Of a DNA stretch of 64,000 nucleotides, positions 43,644 through 54,935 are shown one piece after another. The notes below the pieces were generated by a model. It was not told where the DNA came from. It saw only the letters and a list, made by a program, of their open reading frames with translations, and did not search any database. The DNA is from Candidatus Saccharimonadota bacterium (GTDB taxonomy: Bacteria; Patescibacteriota; Saccharimonadia; CAILAD01; BJGX01): contig JACPPH010000005.1 in assembly GCA_016191105.1 (NCBI GenBank), positions 721 to 64,720 of the forward strand, written 5' to 3'. Position 1 is the first letter of the stretch. The number at the start of each line of letters is the position of its first letter. Both the position numbers and the translations under genes were made by a program.

Positions 43644-44549
43644 ATGTATACCGAAATATCCAAAAACAAGCGCAATAGTTGGTTTTTGATAGGCGGCTTT
43701 GTGATTGTAATTACATTGCTTTGCTATGTCTTTGCCTTGGCGTTTAATAATCAAGCCGTACTATACTTAGGGGTTGGCTTTGCTGTTTTTTATGCCGCTA
43801 TAAGCTACTATTTTGCCGACAGCATGATATTGGCAGTCTCCAAGGCACAAAAAATAGCCAAAAAAGACAACCCCCAGCTATATAGAACTGTCGAAAACTT
43901 GAGCATCACGGCTGGTTTGCCAATGCCATCTATTTATATAATCGATGATACAGCTCCAAACGCCTTTGCAACTGGCAGAGATCCTAAACACGCGATTGTG
44001 GCGGTAACCTCTGGTTTGCTAGAGAAGCTGGATAAGCCAGAGCTAGAGGGTGTAATTGCTCATGAGCTGAGCCATGTTGGTAACTACGACGTAAGGCTTA
44101 TGGCATTGGTGGTGGTTTTGGTGGCGGTGATTGTATTGTTGAGCGATTGGTTTTTGCGGTTTAGTTTTATATTTGGTGATGATAACGATTCCGGTGGCGG
44201 AACATTTCAGTTGATTATGATTGTTATCGGCATAGCCCTGGCATTACTAGCACCACTAATCGGCGTGTTATTACAACTGGCGATTAGTCGCAAACGCGAG
44301 TATTTGGCCGACGCCAGTGGGGCTATGTTAACGCGTTATCCCGAAGGGTTGGCTAAGGCACTACGCAAGATCGAAGGCGACACGGAGCCCCTAGAAGCTG
44401 CTAATAGAGCCACCGAAAACCTGTACATCATCAACCCTTTGCGTGATAATGTGCATGGGCACCGCAGTTGGTTTGCGGGGCTGTTTAGCACTCATCCGCC
44501 GACCGCTGAGCGCATAAAAAGATTAGAAAGCATGGATCTACACCCATAA
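43644..44549 (+). CDS. htpX: Zinc metalloprotease HtpX
   Basis: PNAFATG, AHELSH, SRKREYLAD, STHPP. Confidence 0.95.
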   Translation: MYTEISKNKRNSWFLIGGFVIVITLLCYVFALAFNNQAVLYLGVGFAVFYAAISYYFADSMILAVSKAQKIAKKDNPQLYRTVENLSITAGLPMPSIYIIDDTAPNAFATGRDPKHAIVAVTSGLLEKLDKPELEGVIAHELSHVGNYDVRLMALVVVLVAVIVLLSDWFLRFSFIFGDDNDSGGGTFQLIMIVIGIALALLAPLIGVLLQLAISRKREYLADASGAMLTRYPEGLAKALRKIEGDTEPLEAANRATENLYIINPLRDNVHGHRSWFAGLFSTHPPTAERIKRLESMDLHP

Positions 44550-44564
44550 ACAGGAAAATTATAG

Positions 44565-47316
<2,752 letters not shown>

Positions 47317-47356
47317 CACTTCCATCCATGTCGTCCCAGCCTACGAGTTCGAGTTC

Positions 47357-47445
47357 TGCAAGGTTTACCCTTGTGCAAGGGTAAACCTTGCACCCGTCTT
47401 AAATCGATTCTTGAAAGTGCTTAAGCTGTACAAGGCTAACCCTTG
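47357..47445. repeat. REP palindromes upstream of RAYT (doublet 47357-47392, singlet 47431-47445)
   Basis: caaggtttacccttg / caagggtaaaccttg / caaggctaacccttg. Confidence 0.85.
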
Positions 47446-47461
47446 TGGCTACAATCCAGAT

Positions 47462-48118
47462 ATGCCAAGCAAAAATGTTACGAAGCAATTTGTGGAAGGC
47501 GGCTACTATCATGCCTACAACCGTGGCGTTGAAAAACGAAACATCTTTTTAGATGAAATGGACTATAGGGTTTTTATTAGCCGAATTGTTCAGATATTGA
47601 GTCCTGTAAGCCCCCAGGCAGAAACATCTATTCGCTTAAAAAATTATGTTAACGAAATTGAACTTGTGGCTTTCTGCTTAATGCCGAATCACTTTCATTT
47701 ACTTATAAAACAAGTAAATCGAACTAGTATGACTGCTTTTATGCGGACACTTTGTACTAGCTATTCAATGTATTTTAACGCAAAGTATAAGCGAGTCGGG
47801 CGCTTGTTCCAAGGTTCGTATAAGGCTACCCAAATTGAATCTGGTGAATATATTACCCACCTTTCTCGCTATATACATCGCAACCCGCTTGTGCTTGGCT
47901 TCGAGCTGGAGAATTACCAATATTCTAGCTTCAATCTATTGCGGTACCCACCAAGCTGGCTCAGGCACGATATAGTTAATCAAAGCTTTCGGTCGATAGA
48001 TGAATATCTGGAATTCGTATTGGATGAGTCTCAAGCCCCAGACGAAATTTTAAATCGACTAATATTGGAGGAGGTCGAAAAAATTCCTGCAAGTACTGCA
48101 AGGATTACCCTTGCATAA
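47462..48118 (+). CDS. REP-associated tyrosine transposase (RAYT, Y1 HUH)
   Basis: YYHAYNRG, FCLMPNHFHLL, GRLFQG, YIHRNP. Confidence 0.92.
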   Translation: MPSKNVTKQFVEGGYYHAYNRGVEKRNIFLDEMDYRVFISRIVQILSPVSPQAETSIRLKNYVNEIELVAFCLMPNHFHLLIKQVNRTSMTAFMRTLCTSYSMYFNAKYKRVGRLFQGSYKATQIESGEYITHLSRYIHRNPLVLGFELENYQYSSFNLLRYPPSWLRHDIVNQSFRSIDEYLEFVLDESQAPDEILNRLILEEVEKIPASTARITLA

Positions 48119-48141
48119 GGGTAATCCTTGCAGTACTTGCA
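48088..48141. repeat. REP doublet at RAYT 3' end
   Basis: tgcaagtactgcaaggattaccctt-gcat-aagggtaatccttgcagtacttgca. Confidence 0.85.
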
Positions 48142-48226
48142 CTAGAAGTCTAGGGTAGAGCTTGTTTTTGTGAAATCGCCCGTGCTTTATAGGCTTATCT
48201 GAAGCTGGTATAATTATGTAGTATTT

Positions 48227-48517
48227 ATGCCCAAATTAAGTTTATCTGAGATCCAAAAAGTTGCCCGCTTAGCGCGCATAGAACTAGCCAGCGAAGAGCT
48301 CGACAGGATGACGCTCGAAGTTGGTTCTATCTTAGAGTTCGTAGATAGTCTGCAGGCTATTAAAACCGAAGGTGTTAAACCCACCAGCCAAGTTACCGGG
48401 CTTAAAGATGTCTGGCGCGAAGATGTCGTGCAAGACTGTGAGATCCCACGTGAAGAGTTACTCAGCCAATCCCCGGCTACTCAAGATGGGTATGTTAAGG
48501 TGAAGAAAGTATTATGA
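48227..48517 (+). CDS. gatC: Asp/Glu-tRNA amidotransferase subunit C
   Basis: VARLARI, V.PTSQ, WREDV. Confidence 0.93.
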   Translation: MPKLSLSEIQKVARLARIELASEELDRMTLEVGSILEFVDSLQAIKTEGVKPTSQVTGLKDVWREDVVQDCEIPREELLSQSPATQDGYVKVKKVL

Positions 48518-48523
48518 CAGATT

Positions 48524-48587
48524 TTATTGTTCGAACCCAAGCGAAAACTATGGTTTTCACCCGCCAGCCGGCAGACTCGGACGATAA
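48524..48587 (+). repeat. Structured intergenic repeat, copy 3 (covarying)
   Basis: ttattgttcga...gaaaac-tatg-gttttc...tcggacgataa. Confidence 0.75.
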
Positions 48588-48598
48588 CGGGGTGGAAT

Positions 48599-50029
48599 AT
48601 GGCTGAGCTCGGATACCTTTCAATTAAACAGACCCACGAACTTTTGGTGAGTAAAGAAGTGTCGGCGGTTGTGCTTACCCAATATTATCTGGATCGTATT
48701 AAACAATACGATGATAAGGTTAAGGCTTGCCTATATGTCTGTGAAAAAGAAGCAATCGCTCAAGCTAAGGCTGTCGACGAAAAAATAGCTAGTGGTCAGG
48801 TAATTGGAGCGATAGAGGGAATTCCCTACACCGCCAAGGACATGTTTTTAACTACAGGCATTGTTACCACAGCAGCCAGCAAAATTCTTAAAGACTACAT
48901 GCCACCGTATTCGGCAACGGTAGTCGAAAAACTGAACAAGGCTGGAGCAATCCTGCTTGCTAAGGTTAATCAAGATGAGTATGGGCATGGAGGCAGCACT
49001 GAAAACTCCGGCTATCACCCGACCCATAATCCCTGGGATCTCGAGCGAGTGCCAGGAGGGAGTTCGGGCGGCTCGGCCGCTGCAGTGGCTATGGATTTTG
49101 GAATTTTTAGCTTGGGTACAGACACTGGAGGCTCAACTCGACAGCCAGCAGCTTATTGTGGGGTGGTTGGGTATAAGCCCACCTATGGGCTGATAAGCCG
49201 CTACGGAGTAGTAGCTATGGCCTCGAGCCTAGACACAATCGGTACCTTGGCACGAAATGCCGACGATGTAGCGAGGCTGGTTGAGACCATAGCTGGTCGA
49301 GACCAACAAGATTCGACAACGATTGAATCTAACTTTAAGCTTGAAGACTTGAGTAGTGATGTCAAAATTGGAGTACTCGATTCTTATAAAGACTTAGAAC
49401 AGGTAAAAAACTTCGTTGGTGCAATAAAGCCCACAGAAGAATTTACCCAGGCTGAATTTATTAATCCAGAGTTAGCTTTGGCAACCTACTATGTTTTAAC
49501 TCCATCTGAGATAAGCTCGAATTTAGAGCGATACGATGGCATTCGTTATGGTCAGAGTTCGGCCAAAGCCGATGATCTGTATGAGGTTTATGCCAAAACC
49601 CGTGATGAATTTTTTGGACCCGAAGTTAAACGCCGCAATATGATTGGCACCTATGCACTATCGGCCGGCTACTACGATGCTTATTACAAAAAGGCTATGC
49701 AGGCTCGAACCCTAATATGTCAGACATTCGATAGGCTTTTTGAACAGTTTGATTTGATTGTTACACCTACTACCCTTACAGCAGCATTCAAACTAGGCGA
49801 CAAGTCGGATCCGGTGGAAATGTATAAAGAAGATATTTTAACTGTCTCGGCAAACTTGGCTGGCATTCCGGCCGTAAGTATCCCAGCTGGTGTAGACTCA
49901 GAAACCGGGTTGCCCTTAGGCCTGCAAGTAATGGGTCGACAAGGTGAGGATGCGAAGGTAATATCTGCAGCCAGGGCTTTTCAGGCCAAAACAGATTGGC
50001 ATAAACGGGTAGAGGGGATAAGGCTATGA
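48599..50029 (+). CDS. gatA: Asp/Glu-tRNA amidotransferase subunit A
   Basis: PGGSSGGS, GTDTGGS.RQP, RYDGIRYG. Confidence 0.96.
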   Translation: MAELGYLSIKQTHELLVSKEVSAVVLTQYYLDRIKQYDDKVKACLYVCEKEAIAQAKAVDEKIASGQVIGAIEGIPYTAKDMFLTTGIVTTAASKILKDYMPPYSATVVEKLNKAGAILLAKVNQDEYGHGGSTENSGYHPTHNPWDLERVPGGSSGGSAAAVAMDFGIFSLGTDTGGSTRQPAAYCGVVGYKPTYGLISRYGVVAMASSLDTIGTLARNADDVARLVETIAGRDQQDSTTIESNFKLEDLSSDVKIGVLDSYKDLEQVKNFVGAIKPTEEFTQAEFINPELALATYYVLTPSEISSNLERYDGIRYGQSSAKADDLYEVYAKTRDEFFGPEVKRRNMIGTYALSAGYYDAYYKKAMQARTLICQTFDRLFEQFDLIVTPTTLTAAFKLGDKSDPVEMYKEDILTVSANLAGIPAVSIPAGVDSETGLPLGLQVMGRQGEDAKVISAARAFQAKTDWHKRVEGIRL

Positions 50030-50493
50030 CACTTGTCTCGGTGATTGTTGCCATTATCGTGCTGTCTGGGCTGATGTATTTTGTTATGCGCGGTAAAGCC
50101 AGCAAGCAGAAAAAGCGGCTTAACCCAGCCATGGCCGCTAAAAAGCTGGGGTTTGCTGATAGACCCAAACTCGACGTTGCTTTAGTGCAAAATAAGTGGA
50201 GAGATATACAAGCAATGCAAAACTCTGGCCCTAGTGGGATAAAAAACGCACTTATGGAGGCTGATAAACTCTTGGATTATGTGTTACGAGCCAAGGGCTT
50301 TCGCGGCGAGACTATGGCCGACCGAATGCGCTCAGCTGGCCCTCAGTTAGGCAGCGTAACGGCTGTTTGGGCGGCCCATAAACTGCGCAATATGTTGGCT
50401 CACGAAGTTGAGCACGACATTGTGCCCAATCAAGTTAAACAAGCTGTTGCCGACTTGGGCCAGAGCATACGAGATTTAGGAGTAGGCATCTAA
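50026..50493 (+). CDS. Conserved hypothetical membrane-anchored protein
   Basis: N-terminal TM; EADKLLD...GETMADR...W.AHKLRN..AHE. Confidence 0.8.
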   Translation: MTLVSVIVAIIVLSGLMYFVMRGKASKQKKRLNPAMAAKKLGFADRPKLDVALVQNKWRDIQAMQNSGPSGIKNALMEADKLLDYVLRAKGFRGETMADRMRSAGPQLGSVTAVWAAHKLRNMLAHEVEHDIVPNQVKQAVADLGQSIRDLGVGI

Positions 50494-51314
50494 TGCCAGA
50501 CAAACCTATCCCAAGACCACCAAGCGATGAAGAAATGGGCCGAGCTGACCTGCGTATTGATCAGTCAAACCGCCAGGCTGTGGTGTTGGCTCGTATAGCA
50601 GAACTACAAAAATATGGTTTTAGCCAAGAGTTTGTAAACGATTTTAGAGCCGAAACACTGGTTGGAGCTAATGTTTCTGTAGGGGAGCGGCTTGATAGCC
50701 TAACTAGCCAAGGCTTCCACAGCCCCGTCAGCTTGATTGAAAAACAGCCCAACATACTCAAATATGCTCCAGAATCTATCCAAGGCAAACTTGATAGCCT
50801 AACTAGCCAAGGCTTCCACAGCCCCGTCAGCTTGATTGAAAAACAGCCCAGCATACTTGGTTTGGCTCCGGGAAACATTCAAAAACGAGTTGTTCTATTT
50901 TCTAAGTTAGTAGGCTTATTCAACTCACCAATTAACCCGGTTAAGCTTATGGAACAAGAAGCTGGGCTATTTTCAACAAAGATCGACAAGTTGTTAGTGT
51001 TAACCCGAATAGCTCGTAATTCCACAGCCGACGCCAGCCAGGTAGATCGCAAGCTGATCCATGATATTATGTTTGCAAACCTAGAAGATGTGTTGCTTGG
51101 TCTGGAAGATTTGGGTGAAGAGCAGCAAAACGCCAACCCCAACTATACTATTCAGCAATTACTGGCCAGGGCTAAAGAAATTAAAAAGCAAAGTCTGGGT
51201 AAAAACACCAAACGAGCCAGGATAGAGCGGGCTGCAGAGCTCGATCCAAAGGTGAAGGCTCGATACTTTAAAGGCTATCCATTAAAATCTGCTTTGGAGC
51301 AAAAGGATGAGTAA
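50493..51314 (+). CDS. Protein with 33-aa mTERF-like repeats
   Basis: LDSLTSQGFHSPVSLIEKQP.IL x2, 99-bp period (50691, 50790). Confidence 0.7.
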   Translation: MPDKPIPRPPSDEEMGRADLRIDQSNRQAVVLARIAELQKYGFSQEFVNDFRAETLVGANVSVGERLDSLTSQGFHSPVSLIEKQPNILKYAPESIQGKLDSLTSQGFHSPVSLIEKQPSILGLAPGNIQKRVVLFSKLVGLFNSPINPVKLMEQEAGLFSTKIDKLLVLTRIARNSTADASQVDRKLIHDIMFANLEDVLLGLEDLGEEQQNANPNYTIQQLLARAKEIKKQSLGKNTKRARIERAAELDPKVKARYFKGYPLKSALEQKDE

Positions 51315-52740
51315 GCAATATACTCCTACCATTGGTGTAGAGATACACGTTCAGCTAGCCACCAAGAGCAAAATGTTTTGCGCTTGCAACAACGACAGCC
51401 GACAGGCCGAGCCAAACACCAATGTTTGCCCAGTTTGTTTGGGCTTGCCCGGCACATTGCCAGTTATTAACAAAGGTGCTGTTGAGAAAGCCATAATCCT
51501 AGGAACTGGCCTAAATGCTAAAGTTGCCACAAACACTAGCTTTGACAGAAAAAACTATTTTTATCCCGATTCGCCCAAAGGCTACCAAATCACTCAAATG
51601 GACGAGCCGATTGTTCAGTCGGGATATGTAGAGATATTGGTAGGCGACGAATTTAAAAAGGTTGGTGTCCATCACGCTCACTTAGAAGAAGATGCTGGCA
51701 AGCTAACTCATCCGGCTGGGGCCGACTATAGCTTGGTAGACTTCAATCGTGCTGGCACGCCGCTTGTCGAAATCGTATCTGAACCCGATATGCATTCTCC
51801 CGAAGAGGCCAAACGCTATCTGCAAGAAGTTTACAATATAACTACAACTCTAGGAGTGAGTGATGGCGATATGCAGCACGGTAATTTTAAGTTTGATCTT
51901 AATGTATCGGTAAGCTCCGATGACAATTTGGGTACCAAGGTCGAATTGAAAAATCTTAACTCGTTTCGCAATGCCGAGCGAGCATTAACCTATGAAATCA
52001 AGCGCCAAGTCGAGCTTCTAGAACACAGCCAAGCAGTAGAACAAGAAACCCGCGGTTGGAACGACGGTAAGGCCAAAACCTTCTCGCAACGCAGCAAAGA
52101 AGAAGCTAACGACTATCGTTATTTTCCGGAGCCTGATTTGCCGCCTCTGGTTTTGACTGGCGAAATTGTGGAACCGATCCAAAGCCAACTAGCTGGCCAG
52201 GCTATGCCTATAGAGGTTCGCAAGCAACTGAAGGATTTGGGCTTAAACATCGACGAGCAAGATGTTTTGATTGGCCAGGCCAAAACTCGAGACATTTTCT
52301 TTAGTGCCTCCACAACACTCAACGATCAAAAGCTAACTAAAAAAGCAGTTAACTGGCTAGTTGGTGATTATCAAGCTTGGATAAAAGAAAACGACATAAG
52401 CGAATCCAAGCTGACAGGTGCGAATTTAGCTAATTTGATCAAGGAAGTTGACAACGGCACTATCAACAATACAAAAGCAAAGGAGCTTTTCGTTGAAGTT
52501 GTTAGTAATGGTAAGCCTCTCGAGATCAAAACTAGTGACCTTATCGATGTTTCAGACTTGGAGCTCGAAGTAGTTGCCCAGAAAATAGTAGCCGAAAATC
52601 CCAAGGCTGTAGAAGATTTTAGATCTGGCAATCAAAAAGCGCTTGGATTCTTTTTGGGCGCACTCATGCGCGAAACCCGCGGCCAAGCCAACCCTACCAA
52701 GGCCAATCAAATTATGCTTAAATTATTAAAAGGCGATTAG
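51307..52740 (+). CDS. gatB: Asp/Glu-tRNA amidotransferase subunit B
   Basis: IGVEIHVQL, RKNYFYPD, HLEEDAGK, DYRYFPEPDL. Confidence 0.97.
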   Translation: MSKQYTPTIGVEIHVQLATKSKMFCACNNDSRQAEPNTNVCPVCLGLPGTLPVINKGAVEKAIILGTGLNAKVATNTSFDRKNYFYPDSPKGYQITQMDEPIVQSGYVEILVGDEFKKVGVHHAHLEEDAGKLTHPAGADYSLVDFNRAGTPLVEIVSEPDMHSPEEAKRYLQEVYNITTTLGVSDGDMQHGNFKFDLNVSVSSDDNLGTKVELKNLNSFRNAERALTYEIKRQVELLEHSQAVEQETRGWNDGKAKTFSQRSKEEANDYRYFPEPDLPPLVLTGEIVEPIQSQLAGQAMPIEVRKQLKDLGLNIDEQDVLIGQAKTRDIFFSASTTLNDQKLTKKAVNWLVGDYQAWIKENDISESKLTGANLANLIKEVDNGTINNTKAKELFVEVVSNGKPLEIKTSDLIDVSDLELEVVAQKIVAENPKAVEDFRSGNQKALGFFLGALMRETRGQANPTKANQIMLKLLKGD

Positions 52741-52743
52741 TAC

Positions 52744-53367
52744 ATGCAAAATATAGGCACAGATTTTTTAAATAGCTTTAAGAGCGTGGGCACTAGCTTT
52801 AACTCAGTAATCCCAAATCTACCCAAGGCCATTATTATTGCCATAATTGGCTACGTTGTAATGAGGGTTGTGGCTGTCATTTTGCGCCAGCTAATACGAT
52901 GGACGCATTGGCCAATAGGCTTGCAAGAAATTATGAACACAGTAGTTCGGATTGCACTGTGGTTGTTTTTGATTATAACAATTTTACAGATTTTGGGGCT
53001 TAGTAGCATTGCCCTGGCTATTACCGGCTCGTTTGCAGTCTTGCTGCTTGGCTTTTCGCAGGGCATTTCGGCCACCGTGAGTGATTTAGTGGCCGGGTTG
53101 CAACTCAGTAGTGACAAGGATTTTAAGGTCGGTTACCGCATTAAGGCTGGTGATCAGCAAACAGCAGGTATTGTGCGCGAGATGGATATCAAAAAAACTA
53201 GGATCGAAGATGATGACGGTAATTTGCATGTTATACCCAATGCCGTGATAGACAAAAACGAGTGGACAGTGCTGGAGCGGCACGTGCATAGCTCAATGCC
53301 GAGTAGTATAATGAAGCGGACAGCCAAGGCGGCTGACAAAATTAAGCAGAAAGTGAGAAAGAAATGA
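52744..53367 (+). CDS. MscS-family mechanosensitive channel
   Basis: 3 TM, SDLVAG...FKVG.RI, VIPN. Confidence 0.8.
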   Translation: MQNIGTDFLNSFKSVGTSFNSVIPNLPKAIIIAIIGYVVMRVVAVILRQLIRWTHWPIGLQEIMNTVVRIALWLFLIITILQILGLSSIALAITGSFAVLLLGFSQGISATVSDLVAGLQLSSDKDFKVGYRIKAGDQQTAGIVREMDIKKTRIEDDDGNLHVIPNAVIDKNEWTVLERHVHSSMPSSIMKRTAKAADKIKQKVRKK

Positions 53368-53636
53368 ATATTTTAGTAATCGCACTTTTGGTAGTAATGT
53401 CGATCGCGCTAATTATTTTAATAACCTATACCGTAATATTTTTGGTGGTGCTGGTGAAAGCTCTCAAACAAGTACGCCTAGCAGCTCAAAAAGTTCAGGA
53501 CAGTGCTGAACAGGCCAGTGATTTGGTCGACGAGGTTCGTCGCACCGTTGTAAATCCAGGAGTAGTCGCCATGATGATCGAAAAATACCTAACCAAATTT
53601 AGGCACAGCAGCAAAAGGAAGAAAGACGATGAGTAA
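53364..53636 (+). CDS. Small membrane-anchored coiled-coil protein
   Basis: N-terminal TM; precedes YtxH-like gene. Confidence 0.65.
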   Translation: MNILVIALLVVMSIALIILITYTVIFLVVLVKALKQVRLAAQKVQDSAEQASDLVDEVRRTVVNPGVVAMMIEKYLTKFRHSSKRKKDDE

Positions 53637-54069
53637 GAACAAAGGCTTTTTAAAAGGAGCGATAGTTGGCGGCATTGTGGCCGGTGTAGCTGCGTTGTTG
53701 TATGCACCCAAAAGCGGTAAAGAAACCCGCGCCGAACTCAAAAAAAAGTTAGACGACACTCACAAAGATCTAAGCGCAATGGTAGCCGAAGCCAAAAAGT
53801 CCGGCTCCACTGAGGCCAAAAAGTTAGCCGAGAGGGGTGATCAAATGTTAACCCAGTTAGCCAACCGAAGTGGTGATTTGGGCAAGAGTACCAAAAAAGT
53901 TAGCAAAGTCGCAACCGATGAAAGTAAGCTATTGGTTCATCGCGCCTCAGAGCTAATGGCTGAGATATCAAAGTCAACCAAAAAAGTTATTCGCCAGGGT
54001 CAAAGAGAATACAACAAGATTCAAAAAAAGAATCAGGCCAACAAAGCCAAGCCTAATACTGGCAAGTAA
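53629..54069 (+). CDS. YtxH domain protein
   Basis: GFLKGAIVGG..AALLYAPKSGKETR. Confidence 0.9.
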   Translation: MSKNKGFLKGAIVGGIVAGVAALLYAPKSGKETRAELKKKLDDTHKDLSAMVAEAKKSGSTEAKKLAERGDQMLTQLANRSGDLGKSTKKVSKVATDESKLLVHRASELMAEISKSTKKVIRQGQREYNKIQKKNQANKAKPNTGK

Positions 54070-54329
54070 TGTCCAACAAGACCAACGAGCCAAGAAATCA
54101 GGAAGTTAAGCTTCAAAATAGTTTGGCGTTTGATCAGATTGCCGAGCTGTTACACAACAAACGCAAGCTATTCTGGCTTAATGTTAAAACCGGCTTTGTA
54201 CGTGGCTTCGCCGGCGTATTAGGGGCTGCTCTAGCCATAGTTGTTATTGGGTTCTTGGTGTCGGCCTTGGGTGGATTGCCGGTAATTGGGCAGTTTTTGC
54301 ATACTTTGAATGCAGCTACAACTAAATAA
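54069..54329 (+). CDS. DUF5665-like small membrane protein
   Basis: FWLN..GFVRGF..VLG...LPVIG. Confidence 0.75.
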   Translation: MSNKTNEPRNQEVKLQNSLAFDQIAELLHNKRKLFWLNVKTGFVRGFAGVLGAALAIVVIGFLVSALGGLPVIGQFLHTLNAATTK

Positions 54330-54428
54330 CTAGCCTAAATACTTAGTTTTGGGGTAGGTGCTAAGGCTAGCTACCGATCCGTAGGTTTTCTCTCCTACGG
54401 ATCGGTTATTGGGCGGGTCTTTTTGGTG

Positions 54429-54815
54429 TCAACCAGCTCGAGCGTGCACCCAGGACAGGCTGTGATGCTGCCGCCCGAGCTCCCTTAAGTAATCCTGGTG
54501 GATCCTAATGAGCAGTCCGCGAGCCACCTCCTCGGACTCGCCACCGATCTCGCGGAGTGTTCGACGGCCACCTTGGCGGTGGAACACAACCCCGCAGTCA
54601 ATCTGAGGGTCGGGATCGAAGAAGCTGATGGTCTCGATGATCGTATGGGCCATCGAAGTACGTACAACGACCTCAATATCCCACTCACCAACACGGAATC
54701 TGGATTCGTAAACACGACCATCTTCTTTGTCGGTCTTGCGAATGGGCCGGCCGGCACCAGAGACCAGCGTTTCGAGAAGCGCCGTACACTTTTCGGTTGT
54801 CAACTTGGTAGGCAT
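54429..54815 (-). CDS. GC-rich orphan protein (orphan 3)
   Basis: SD TAAGGAG; promoter TTGATA-17-TATAAT (54886-54858); hairpin 54373-54406. Confidence 0.72.
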   Translation of the reverse strand: MPTKLTTEKCTALLETLVSGAGRPIRKTDKEDGRVYESRFRVGEWDIEVVVRTSMAHTIIETISFFDPDPQIDCGVVFHRQGGRRTLREIGGESEEVARGLLIRIHQDYLRELGRQHHSLSWVHARAG

Positions 54816-54935
54816 AAAATCTCCTTATTGAGTAGCCTTGCCTTTCAAAGTAGCAGCATTATAGTACAAAAATCGGAGTTTATCAACTACCAATCGGCAT
54901 GAGCAGTTTGCTATAATAAATCTCTAAGGGGAAAA

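Noticed and set aside
48527-48598. Extended GatA N-terminus
   Set aside because: Reads through repeat copy 3; ATG 48599 is the better start.
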